Positions 1 to 8,037 are shown, counted from the stretch's first letter. The stretch is 16,819 bases of DNA from Candidatus Micrarchaeota archaeon (GCA_038046605.1 JBBSVW010000090.1:1-16819), one strand, 5' to 3'. The notes: generated by a model not told the origin, from the sequence alone. Numbers and translations are program-made.

Positions 1-691
1 TAAGATCGACCACGAATTCGGGGATTGCTATCCCCAAAGAGAGTATGGTAAAGCCCATGATGATGGGGTTTATCTTGAAATCCTTGACAATTGCTATCGC
101 AGAATCCACTATGAAATTTGAAGCCAGGTAAGCAATTGCCAGGAGCAGGAGCATTTGGCCAAGGGCCGCCCAAAGGCTCCTGACCTTAAGGCCTTGCATG
201 AAAACGGCATGCGTAGTTTCCTCCTCGCGCTTTGCAAGCGCCTCCTGCTCCTTGATGTTGTAAATGTACATCAGGTAAACAACCATTAGAAGCAGGCCCT
301 CGATTGCCGAGAGCTTTCCATCAAATAATAGGAAGAAGGGGATTGCCAATACAAAAAATAGCCAGCCGAAATTCTCAATGATGGTCGTTTCCCTGACCTG
401 GAAATTGCCCTTGATTATTGTGACAAGACCAAGGACCAGGCATATGACGATGATGTTTGCGCCAAGAAGGGTTGAGATCATAAGCTCAGCTTGCTGCTGC
501 GATGCCGCCTGCGTGCTGACAAAAAGGTCCGGAAGGGATGTGCCAAGCCCCAATACTACAAAGCTTAAAAGGAATTTTGGCAGCCTTAACCTGGTGGATA
601 TTCCCGTAAGCAGATTGACGACCCTATTGCTCGTTGCGCCCAGTATGATAAGGGAAATGAGAAGGGTGGTAACGCTTGCCGTAAATCCCAT
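1..691 (-). CDS. Ca2+/cation (Na+/Ca2+) antiporter, CaCA/YrbG family; 3' end runs off the window
   Basis: Not in the ORF track because there is no stop in the window. Hand translation from ATG 691 gives MGFTASVTTLLISLIILG...VVLGLGTSLPDLFVS...LLGANII...LSLGIAIPEFVVDL, with many TM segments plus alpha-1 (GTSLPD...GAN) and alpha-2 (GIAIPE) repeats. GGAG SD lies upstream. Confidence 0.88.
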   Translation of the reverse strand, partial: MGFTASVTTLLISLIILGATSNRVVNLLTGISTRLRLPKFLLSFVVLGLGTSLPDLFVSTQAASQQQAELMISTLLGANIIVICLVLGLVTIIKGNFQVRETTIIENFGWLFFVLAIPFFLLFDGKLSAIEGLLLMVVYLMYIYNIKEQEALAKREEETTHAVFMQGLKVRSLWAALGQMLLLLAIAYLASNFIVDSAIAIVKDFKINPIIMGFTILSLGIAIPEFVVDL

Positions 692-845
692 TTTATATCT
701 CCTGCGAATGTGGCTAGGTAAGCAAAGCCCGCGGTAGTTTAAAATTATAACCATTTTGCGGGGATGGCTTTTTCCAATGGGGGATTGCAACTGCCTAGGG
801 GGGAATGACAGGCAAATAAGCTTTAAACCGCCCAGTTATCCATTG

Positions 846-857
846 ACCCAATTGGGT
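846..857. promoter_or_regulatory. Perfect 12-bp palindrome ACCCAATTGGGT in a divergent intergenic region; possible operator
   Basis: The sequence is self-complementary and lies between divergently transcribed genes. Function is inferred. Confidence 0.3.
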
Positions 858-872
858 TTTACCTTGAAGTGC

Positions 873-914
873 AATAATTGTTCCGAATCGAATAATAGTT
901 CCGATTCGAATACG
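873..914. repeat. 18-bp imperfect tandem repeat, 2 copies plus a partial third, directly upstream of a TATA-like box
   Basis: AATAATTGTTCCGAATCG (873-890), AATAATAGTTCCGATTCG (891-908), AATAC. The two full copies differ at 2 positions. Confidence 0.7.
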
Positions 915-922
915 TTTAAATA
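915..922 (+). promoter_or_regulatory. Putative archaeal TATA box (TTTAAATA) for the 974 gene
   Basis: Matches TTTAWATA about 50 nt upstream of ATG 974. GAGGT SD at 962-966. Confidence 0.5.
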
Positions 923-973
923 GCTTATTTCCGTTTAATTACCAAACGCAAAACTCATTCTGAGGTAGATTAT

Positions 974-1375
974 ATGGGCATATTCGATTTGTTTGGATCC
1001 AAAGAAGTACCACTTGACAAAATGTTCACTTTGCACACCGAATTCCACCCCTTCAAGCTGGCGGCAAACCATGCCGATTCAGTTGATTTGGAAATCAAAT
1101 TGACCAACAATTTGGACAAGGAAGTGCTCACATCAGTCGTGGTGCAGGTTCCCAAGCCGTTGGGGCTGGATAAAAGCGCATTCATGCAGCAGCGGGAATT
1201 ACGGCTAGGCGCCCTCCAGGCGCATGAGACTAAAGATGTAAAGGTGCAGATTTATTCCGGCCAGCGCGTGCAGAAGGGCACGTATCCGGTCATGATTTAT
1301 GCGATCTCCCATTACCGCGACTACAGCTACATCCTGAATGAGATGAGGAAAAAAATGGAGCTTAGGGTCGTATAG
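974..1375 (+). CDS. Hypothetical protein, probable Ig-like beta-sandwich (CARDB/COG1470-like)
   Basis: 133 aa with GAGGT SD. Alternating beta pattern plus LEIKLTN, LGALQAHETKDVKVQI and GTYPVMI segments typical of Ig-like domains. Confidence 0.65.
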   Translation: MGIFDLFGSKEVPLDKMFTLHTEFHPFKLAANHADSVDLEIKLTNNLDKEVLTSVVVQVPKPLGLDKSAFMQQRELRLGALQAHETKDVKVQIYSGQRVQKGTYPVMIYAISHYRDYSYILNEMRKKMELRVV

Positions 1376-1376
1376 T

Positions 1377-1757
1377 TTATTTTATCTCCGCCAATTTTTC
1401 AAGGATTAGCTGCTGCCACCTTGGGGAAAACGCCGTCCGCTGCTTTGGCATCCTCGGAGTGTCCCAAACCTTCATCGCATTCCAATAGCCGGGATCGTGG
1501 CAAAGCGCCCGATCGACAAGTGCCATAAGGCGGACATCACTAAGCCCATTGGCCCTGCCCGGAACTGCCAGGCGTTTTGAAAGACTGCCCATAATTTCCC
1601 TTGGGTGCTTGATTGAGGGCACAATTAGGGAATGCCGGAATAACAGGTTTATTTTTTCAACGTATTTTGGGGGGACGCCGTGCCTATTTGCCTCCTCCAA
1701 AAGGCTCGCGCTCAAAGATTTATGCACAACATCCCAGGAGGGCAATTCCTCTGCCAT
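1377..1757 (-). CDS. Hypothetical protein
   Basis: 126-aa ATG ORF that starts 10 nt after the PRC-barrel gene and ends 1 nt from the convergent gene. No recognisable motif. Confidence 0.6.
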   Translation of the reverse strand: MAEELPSWDVVHKSLSASLLEEANRHGVPPKYVEKINLLFRHSLIVPSIKHPREIMGSLSKRLAVPGRANGLSDVRLMALVDRALCHDPGYWNAMKVWDTPRMPKQRTAFSPRWQQLILEKLAEIK

Positions 1758-1767
1758 AAGAATTAGC

Positions 1768-2091
1768 TTACTTCCTGTACCTATACGAATAGGGCATCGG
1801 CTTTTCCGGCGCCGCGGGCTTATCTTCCTCTAAATCCGAAGCCGATGGCATTGCATTGGAAGTGGTAACAATAATGATCTTCTCAACCGCCTTCACGGAG
1901 CGGTACATGATGGTCTTGTCACGGAAAACCCGCTTTGCCTCGTCCTTGGAAGCAACCTTGATTGGCTCAAGCGTTAGGCGCACAACCTCCCCCTTCTGGA
2001 GGTCCAAAATCACATCATAGACCTTTCCAACGAACTGCGCGTTGTCCGTGTAAATATCCATTCCAATCAGTTGAGAGAGCTTTACTGTCAT
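1768..2091 (-). CDS. PRC-barrel domain protein (archaeal CdpB-like)
   Basis: LSQLIGMDIYTDNAQFVGKVYDVILDLQKGEVVRL is the PRC-barrel signature. ATG 2091 is preceded by an AGGTGG SD; the track start at 2100 lies in the SD. Confidence 0.88.
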   Translation of the reverse strand: MTVKLSQLIGMDIYTDNAQFVGKVYDVILDLQKGEVVRLTLEPIKVASKDEAKRVFRDKTIMYRSVKAVEKIIIVTTSNAMPSASDLEEDKPAAPEKPMPYSYRYRK

Positions 2092-2513
2092 TTTTACCAC
2101 CTAGGAAGCGTAATTATGTTATCTGTACCAATAACATATTTAAAAAGGTATTCTCGATGCCCCTTGAGGTAAATTAGCAAACGCTGCTGGAAATGCGGGG
2201 GAAAATAATTGCCGGATTGCACCCCCTCTATTTTTAATAATTCCAAACCAAATCATTGAGTTTATGCGATTGTGTTTCAGTGGCAGAATTCTAGCTTCCC
2301 ATTGAGCCAATTTCTTTCCCATTGATCGAAAATGGTTCAGCAAAAAGCTGGAGACCCGGGTCCGATGCACTAAAGCGACTTCGCTGCAAAAGAAAACTAT
2401 TATTGATTCGCAAATCATAAGCGTTTCTTGGCGGCGGAGCCGTTCGCCACCTTCTTTTTGAAAGAAGGGGGCAAGGCGTGGAAATCCCGGCAATCGCACT
2501 TTTTTGTGGTAGA

Positions 2514-2813
2514 ATGGATGAAATTGAGGAAAGGCTCCATAAGCTCCTTCGCACGCAGATATCCTCAGAGCTGGATAGGATGGATAAGCCCTCCGATGCG
2601 AATATGCTTATCCACAAGGACACCGGGGTTAGGGAAATCCACATACCCACTAAAGCATGGCAAAAAGAGGAGGTTAGGGATCTGATCCAAAGCGTCACCC
2701 GCTGGTGGATTTCAAGCAGCAGGGGGAGGATGCTTGCAATAAGGAAACTGCCATCGAAGGGGGCGATCAAATTCTTTATCCATAGGAATGAGCATGATTT
2801 GCCCGAGGAGTAA
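2514..2813 (+). CDS. Hypothetical protein
   Basis: ORF from ATG 2514 (MDEIEERL...) with a GTGGT SD-like element, co-oriented with rpoK. No motif. Confidence 0.55.
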   Translation: MDEIEERLHKLLRTQISSELDRMDKPSDANMLIHKDTGVREIHIPTKAWQKEEVRDLIQSVTRWWISSSRGRMLAIRKLPSKGAIKFFIHRNEHDLPEE

Positions 2814-2891
2814 CCTTTAAAAATAAGCTTTTGGATAAAGAATGACGCATTTTTACTAGTTATACGTGTGCGTGAAGCAGGTGTGGAGGTT

Positions 2892-3086
2892 ATGGCAAAG
2901 CAAGAAAAGATCATCCTAACGAAATATGAAAAGGCAAGGCTAATTGGCGCAAGGGCCTTGCAGCTTGCAATGGGCGCACCATGCCTTGTAAAATCCCATA
3001 AGGGAGTTTTCAATGCGGTGAAGCTCGCATTATTTGAACTCGAAAAAGACGCCCTTCCCTTGCAGGTTGTAAGGCAGGGCCTATAA
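2892..3086 (+). CDS. rpoK: DNA-directed RNA polymerase subunit K (Rpo6)
   Basis: LTKYEKARLIGARALQLAMGAP signature. GGAGGT SD before ATG 2892. Confidence 0.97.
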   Translation: MAKQEKIILTKYEKARLIGARALQLAMGAPCLVKSHKGVFNAVKLALFELEKDALPLQVVRQGL

Positions 3087-3096
3087 GGTGCTAAAT

Positions 3097-3366
3097 ATGG
3101 AAATCAAGGTACAAAAGGACGAAGACGATTATCTCGAAGTCATGCTAGTAGGCGAGGATGTTGGCTTCACCAACCTGATTGCCGAAAAATTGCTCGAAAG
3201 CAAGGGAGTCGAATTTGCCGCAAGCGCATATGAGCATCCACTGCGGGGAAACCCAATTCTTAGGATAAAGGCCAAATCGCCCCACAAGGAATTGAAAACG
3301 GCGCTTAAGGAAGTTATAAGTTCCCTGGACGATTTTGAAAAGGCGCTTAAGAAGGAATTGAAGTAA
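3097..3366 (+). CDS. rpoL: DNA-directed RNA polymerase subunit L (Rpo11)
   Basis: GEDVGFTNLIAEKL...VEFAASAYEHPL...PILRIK matches the RpoL/RPB11 pattern. AAGGTG SD. Confidence 0.93.
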   Translation: MEIKVQKDEDDYLEVMLVGEDVGFTNLIAEKLLESKGVEFAASAYEHPLRGNPILRIKAKSPHKELKTALKEVISSLDDFEKALKKELK

Positions 3367-3419
3367 CTCCATTTGATAAATATTTTATTAGACCCTTAGA
3401 TTGATCTCTTTTACCCTAA

Positions 3420-4265
3420 CTAAACTATTTCGTGGGGCAAATTTACTTCCTTCAAAATTGAAATCAATTTATCCCTAGTCGCCGCATTCATGCTCTTCTT
3501 CTCTATCAACGCTACCTCCAGCTTTTCCGCGCTCTTTTCCATCGCCTGCTTCACGATTTCCGGAGTTACCTCATCCAGATTGTGCTTTGAGCACACGTAA
3601 GCGAACTCGTAATTTTGTTCCAGCATCAATCTGGAGAATTTAGAGCAATAATGCGTTCCCCCAAAGCCGATTGCGGTTTTAGCTTCTGGACTAGCCTTTT
3701 GCCCCTTTTTCCATTTATTGCAAACTTCCATAATGCAATCGGAAAACAGGTCTCCGGCTACTTCATTTGCGAACTCCTTATCCGTACTGCCAATTTCCAC
3801 GAAAAGGATTGGCGCTTTGAGGGGCGTTGGTCCGTGGTGGGTTGCCTCCATTGAAAACGGGAAACCCTCAAGCGGATGGGAAGATAGGTAATTGGAAGCA
3901 ATTTTCAGAGCTGATGCGGATGAATGCGCCAACTCATTGGGATTACCGCCCAATTTGTTTCCAGCTCCGAAATTGCCGCACGTGTGCGCCGTCACCGCCG
4001 GAGAATTGGTTTCGCTCTTATGGGTTGATGCAACAATCAGGAGGTCGGCATCATTGAACAGAGGATAATCCTTCAAATAATCCGAAAAAATGTGCAAGGT
4101 GGTTAGTTCGACGAGCTTCAATCCGTTTTTTTCCCAGCTGCGCCATTCGTATTTCCCATCTCCACTCTTTATATGGGGCTTTTCCAAAAAGCCATGCTTT
4201 CCAATAAGGGATTTTGCAATCGTCTCCCCGGCAAGGTTCCCTTTGCTGAATGCAATAAGAGGCAT
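3420..4265 (-). CDS. dtdA: D-aminoacyl-tRNA deacylase (archaeal DTD2/DtdA)
   Basis: Motifs STHKS, HTCGNFG, EATHHGP, FVEIGST and GFGGTHY. The start is most likely ATG 4265 (MPLIAFS), because the track's upstream extension overlaps E1. Confidence 0.95.
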   Translation of the reverse strand: MPLIAFSKGNLAGETIAKSLIGKHGFLEKPHIKSGDGKYEWRSWEKNGLKLVELTTLHIFSDYLKDYPLFNDADLLIVASTHKSETNSPAVTAHTCGNFGAGNKLGGNPNELAHSSASALKIASNYLSSHPLEGFPFSMEATHHGPTPLKAPILFVEIGSTDKEFANEVAGDLFSDCIMEVCNKWKKGQKASPEAKTAIGFGGTHYCSKFSRLMLEQNYEFAYVCSKHNLDEVTPEIVKQAMEKSAEKLEVALIEKKSMNAATRDKLISILKEVNLPHEIV

Positions 4266-4316
4266 GGAATAATTGAAATGGGAGAGATTAAAAAATTCCA
4301 GCGCTTGCATATTTCC

Positions 4317-5087
4317 ATGGAAATCGACTCCGATCCATTCGATAGGCAAAAACGGATACCAAGCTGGGAGCAGGGGCCAATCACGGATGCAAATGTGCTT
4401 GTGGTGGGTGCTGGCGCCCTTGGGAACGAAGTTGTGAAATCGCTTTGCCAATTAGGTGTTGGCAAGATCACGCTTGTTGATTACGATATTGTAGTTAAGG
4501 CTAATTTGAACCGCTGCTTATTTTTCACGCCGGAAGATGCAGAAAACAAGATGCTAAAGGCGGAAGCTATTGCCGAAAGGGCACAAAAGCAATATCCCGA
4601 AACTAAAATTTCATACATAATCCGGAAAGTGGAGGAGCTGAAGGAGGAATTCTATTCCGAATTCGATTGCGCATTTTCCTGTCTTGACAATTTGAATGCC
4701 AGATTGCATTTGAATGCGCAATGCTATGGCAAAATCCCCCTAATTGACGGCGGCACAACCGGCTTTTTGGGCAAAGTGCAAGTTGTCAAATCCCCCTCCA
4801 GCTGCATCGAATGCGCGATGAGCAAAAATGACTACAAGCTTTTGTGGCAAAAATACAGCTGCGTCGGGGAGGTGCTGGATTTCATCGATCCCAAGATGCC
4901 GGCTCTCTCAACAACCAACAGCATCATCGCAGCCCTGCAGGTAAATGAATTTCTTAAATTGAGAATGGATTCCCTGAAAAACGAAAACAACCTGGTCGGG
5001 AAATACCTGCTTTTTGACGGGAGGAAAAACGGCTTCCGGATTTTCGAGGTTCAAAAGAGGAAGGAGTGCCCGGTGCATTTATTATGA
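4317..5087 (+). CDS. Ubiquitin-activating enzyme E1-like (ThiF/UBA fold, UBA3-like)
   Basis: VLVVGAGALG nucleotide-binding motif, DYD..V..NLNR, CLDN..AR, PLIDGGTTGFLG, CIEC and C-terminal CPVH zinc ligands, and a candidate catalytic Cys in KYSCVG (codon 4860-4862). Start is 4317 or 4278. Confidence 0.93.
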   Translation: MEIDSDPFDRQKRIPSWEQGPITDANVLVVGAGALGNEVVKSLCQLGVGKITLVDYDIVVKANLNRCLFFTPEDAENKMLKAEAIAERAQKQYPETKISYIIRKVEELKEEFYSEFDCAFSCLDNLNARLHLNAQCYGKIPLIDGGTTGFLGKVQVVKSPSSCIECAMSKNDYKLLWQKYSCVGEVLDFIDPKMPALSTTNSIIAALQVNEFLKLRMDSLKNENNLVGKYLLFDGRKNGFRIFEVQKRKECPVHLL

Positions 5088-5962
5088 AAATACTCGCAAT
5101 TTCAGACCTAGGAAGCTGGGAAGGTTTAAAATCTATATTCGATAAGACAAAACCCGATGTGGTGGCACTCGCTGGCGATTTAATATCAGACGGTTTTGCT
5201 GAATTTCGGGCAAGTGTATTCGAGAAAATTCCGAAATTCAAACAAGAGAGAAAAATACTCATGAAAAGATTCGGAGTTACGCTCTCAAAAACCGGTTCTT
5301 ACTGTCTTAATGGCAATAACTTTAGTGTATGGGCTGACGCACTTGATTCACTAGAAGATAAATATGAAGCAAGCTCGGAGTTTGAAAAAATTAGGAAAAC
5401 TATTCATACAGATAAGTTTTACGATTTTCTAAGATATGCTGGAAAAAAATCATCGGTTATTGTTGTTAAAGGCGATCACGATGAAGATTTTAAAAATGAA
5501 TACAATTTAGAATTAATTAACAGCATCCGAAAGTGCGCGGAAATTTCAGGGAAATTATTGAATATCGATGGAATGAATTTCTTAGGCTTAGGCTTTAACG
5601 AAACACACTACTTTCGAGTTCTTCGACCTTTAGTAAAAAAATACCAAAATAAGGTAGACGTTCTTGTAACTCATGCTGAACAGGAAAGAATGCCCATTTT
5701 AAGCCAATTTAGCCCAAAATTAATCATTCGGGGACATTTTGGCTCTGGAAAATACTACGTGAACAATATTCCGTCTGTCTTCACAGCTGATGCTTATTAC
5801 TCAACTATTAATATTGGCTTCAATGGAATTATCGATATTATCCAATATGCCAAAAACCATGATAAGAAAATAACTATTTTAGAAAAAGGAAGCTGCGCTC
5901 CTTGGTTTTCTAACAAATCTGAATTCGAAATATATAGTTGGCTTAAACCATATTCAGAATGA
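5084..5962 (+). CDS. Calcineurin-like metallophosphoesterase with degenerate motifs
   Basis: MKILAISD, PDVVALAGDL, VKGDHD, LVTH and IIRGH. The start overlaps the E1 stop (ATGA at 5084-5087). Confidence 0.85.
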   Translation: MKILAISDLGSWEGLKSIFDKTKPDVVALAGDLISDGFAEFRASVFEKIPKFKQERKILMKRFGVTLSKTGSYCLNGNNFSVWADALDSLEDKYEASSEFEKIRKTIHTDKFYDFLRYAGKKSSVIVVKGDHDEDFKNEYNLELINSIRKCAEISGKLLNIDGMNFLGLGFNETHYFRVLRPLVKKYQNKVDVLVTHAEQERMPILSQFSPKLIIRGHFGSGKYYVNNIPSVFTADAYYSTINIGFNGIIDIIQYAKNHDKKITILEKGSCAPWFSNKSEFEIYSWLKPYSE

Positions 5963-7048
5963 GATATCCGTTATCTGCTTGAATGCCTCCTCGACCTTGA
6001 AATCGCCCATTGCCCCCCCGCCGCCAAGCCTTCTTCCGCAGCGCACGCATTTGGTATCGCCCGAAATTATCGCTTCAAAGCAATCCTTATGGTAAGGGGC
6101 GCCGCAAAAGCAATGGCCGTACTTTGGGTTGTGCTCTTCTTGCTTGACGGAAATCATGAATCCGGTTTTGCATAGCTCGCATTTCTCATCGTTTGAGGAG
6201 ATTTCGGCTGCTTTGGATGACATTTCTGAAATTGCCCGATTGTAAAAAGGCTTAGCAATGTCTGAATTGGGCTTGGAAGCATTTTTGGATGGGGAATTTC
6301 GTTTTTCTGAATTTGGCGATTGCTTATCAATGGTATCATCTGCTTTTGCATCAAAATCCTTCCCATCTTTTTTGACTATATGCCGCTCAACGAAGGGCGA
6401 AGTTTTCTTCAAGAGGCGCTTTTGCTCATCAGTTGGACCAAACCTTCGCATGAGGTCCATTATGTCAATTGTTTCTTCCGAACGCTTCTCCTCCGGAAGC
6501 TCCTGTATCTGCACATGGCGCTGCTCTATTGCCTTCCAGAGGATTTCAACAGGCAGTTTTGCCTGGATTGTATGGGAAAAATCAATAGGCTTGTTATCGG
6601 TTGGGTGTTGGTTTTGGCTATCAATAGCCGATACAGCCCCATTCCCCTCAGGTTTAGCCTTAATTTTTTTCTCCTTCCTCCCAAGCCATGCATCGGCAGC
6701 TTTTTTCCATTTCTCAGAATAATCATTGACACCCTTCATGCTAAGGAAAATGGATTTGGAATCGCCGGAAAATGAGATGTAGCCGCCCTCGCCAAGGGAT
6801 TTGAGCCTTTCGAGGAATTCTGCTTCACCGACATTGAAAATGGCGCGCATTTCGGAAGCATCGCTTTTACCCTCCTTCAATAATTGCAATAGGATGAAAT
6901 CGAACTTCTCCAGCCTAAGCTTTGGCCCTGCCTTCAATGGCACGGCTATTGCCCGCTTTTTCCTTGGGCCTTTTTGCTTCTTTTCGGGTATTCGCGCATC
7001 TATTGCCGGCTCCATTTCCACAATGATCCTCTCCTGGATTTCGTCCAT
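5954..7048 (-). CDS. Winged-helix + C-terminal C4HC3 RING-type zinc finger protein; putative E3 ligase
   Basis: wHTH-like segment LEKFDFILLQLLKEG...LERLKSLGEGGYI...LSMKG (about 6720-6920), a low-complexity linker, then C-x2-C-x19-C-x-C-x4-H-x2-C-x10-C-x2-C (6038-6181). The CGAPYHKDC core resembles prokaryotic RING family 1. ATG 7048; GTG 7057 is an alternative. Confidence 0.75.
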   Translation of the reverse strand: MDEIQERIIVEMEPAIDARIPEKKQKGPRKKRAIAVPLKAGPKLRLEKFDFILLQLLKEGKSDASEMRAIFNVGEAEFLERLKSLGEGGYISFSGDSKSIFLSMKGVNDYSEKWKKAADAWLGRKEKKIKAKPEGNGAVSAIDSQNQHPTDNKPIDFSHTIQAKLPVEILWKAIEQRHVQIQELPEEKRSEETIDIMDLMRRFGPTDEQKRLLKKTSPFVERHIVKKDGKDFDAKADDTIDKQSPNSEKRNSPSKNASKPNSDIAKPFYNRAISEMSSKAAEISSNDEKCELCKTGFMISVKQEEHNPKYGHCFCGAPYHKDCFEAIISGDTKCVRCGRRLGGGGAMGDFKVEEAFKQITDISF

Positions 7049-7140
7049 AACAACCACAATTGCGGATTGTGAAAGGCATTTACGAACGAATCAATTTCCA
7101 TTATTCATGTTTTAGACAAATTTTCTAATTCCACTTGGTT

Positions 7141-7623
7141 TTACTTCTTATCAATAACAGCAAAGCTTACCTCATAATAAGCATTTCCCTCAACACGAAA
7201 AATCCGCTCCTGCATCCTGCCGCCCTCCTTTTTCAGGGGATCAACCACCATTGCAATATTGAAGGGAGCGGAAAAATACTTGTTTTGCGTTGCAACATCG
7301 GTTGCCGAAAGCCAGCAGCCGTACGATGGGTGCGAATGGATCCAGCCAACTATCAGCTTCTTTTCCTTGAAATGCTTGCTGAAAGCCTGTGTGAGCTCTG
7401 CGAATGCCAATTTGTTGAATTTGACAGAAACCGCAGTTGAGCTGTTGCTGGCGGTTATGAAATGATCCACCACCACATATTCAAATCCCTTCCATTGGAA
7501 AATATCCCCCACCAGCAGCCCCAGCGCCTCTTTTCCATGCCTTGCGGCATCCTCCATGATCCGCTCCGCCTTTTGAAGGGCCGGATTTGAGATGTAAACA
7601 TCAAATGGATGCAAAGAATCCAT
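7141..7623 (-). CDS. JAB1/MPN+ (JAMM) metalloprotease, Rpn11/CSN5-like
   Basis: EALGLLVG...IVGWIHSHPSYGCWLSATD...AMVVDP gives the full E...HSH-x7-S-x2-D JAMM motif. GGTGA SD before ATG 7623. Confidence 0.95.
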   Translation of the reverse strand: MDSLHPFDVYISNPALQKAERIMEDAARHGKEALGLLVGDIFQWKGFEYVVVDHFITASNSSTAVSVKFNKLAFAELTQAFSKHFKEKKLIVGWIHSHPSYGCWLSATDVATQNKYFSAPFNIAMVVDPLKKEGGRMQERIFRVEGNAYYEVSFAVIDKK

Positions 7624-7701
7624 GGAGTTCACCAAAATTAAATGAATAAAGACTAGGGGGAAAAGGGCTAAAACGCATCAACCAAACATATTCCAAATCG
7701 C

Positions 7702-8037
7702 CTAGTCCAAACCAATTATTTTCTTTATCTTTTTCCCTAAATCATGCCTTTTCTTGCGATCCTCAGTGATGCGCTTTTGGAGCTCGCCATGCTCAAGCGG
7801 GGGCGAAACCGGGGTTATATCCGAAAGCATGTCCTCCCGCAGGCGGTCCCTTGCCGTATCAACTGATTCGTACCGCTCAATTTTGCGCTTTCCAAGGATC
7901 AGATTGTCGGGCTCGTCGTTTTCAAGGAGCATGGAATAGTCCCGCTCCTCAACAACTTTTGGCTTTTTGGATGCGCTGTGCTTTTTTTCCTCAATGTGCT
8001 TCTTTTCCCTAACTTCGACAACACGCGGCTTGCCCAT
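7702..8037 (-). CDS. Hypothetical charged protein in the ubiquitin locus, with two KP[KR]VV motifs
   Basis: ATG 8037 with GGGGGAG SD. Sequence begins MGKPRVVEVREKK...SKKPKVVEE. Co-oriented with JAB and RING. Confidence 0.7.
   Translation of the reverse strand: MGKPRVVEVREKKHIEEKKHSASKKPKVVEERDYSMLLENDEPDNLILGKRKIERYESVDTARDRLREDMLSDITPVSPPLEHGELQKRITEDRKKRHDLGKKIKKIIGLD

Noticed and set aside
378-737. 119-aa + strand ORF with a CCC motif
   Set aside because: It is the antisense shadow of the CaCA antiporter, which has clear family motifs.
873-914. CRISPR array
   Set aside because: Only two adjacent 18-bp units, with no spacers and no cas genes. The 27-bp repeats at 10967-11140 are coding.
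2514-2537. N-terminus MDEIEERL resembles the RING protein start MDEIQERI
   Set aside because: The similarity stops after 8 common residues and is probably coincidence.
2140-3013. Minus-strand ORFs 2140-2499 and 2291-3013, and + ORF 2428-2685
   Set aside because: They overlap rpoK or the better-supported 2514 ORF, lack SD and motifs, and have shadow-like composition.
4173-4451. Apparent long head-to-head overlap of dtdA and E1 in the ORF track
   Set aside because: Family similarity starts at ATG 4265 (-) and about 4317 (+). The extensions are artefacts of longest-ORF calling.
5084-5962. Metallophosphoesterase as Mre11, given nurA nearby
   Set aside because: It lacks the Mre11 DxHLG, GNHD and GHxH motifs, and there is no adjacent rad50.
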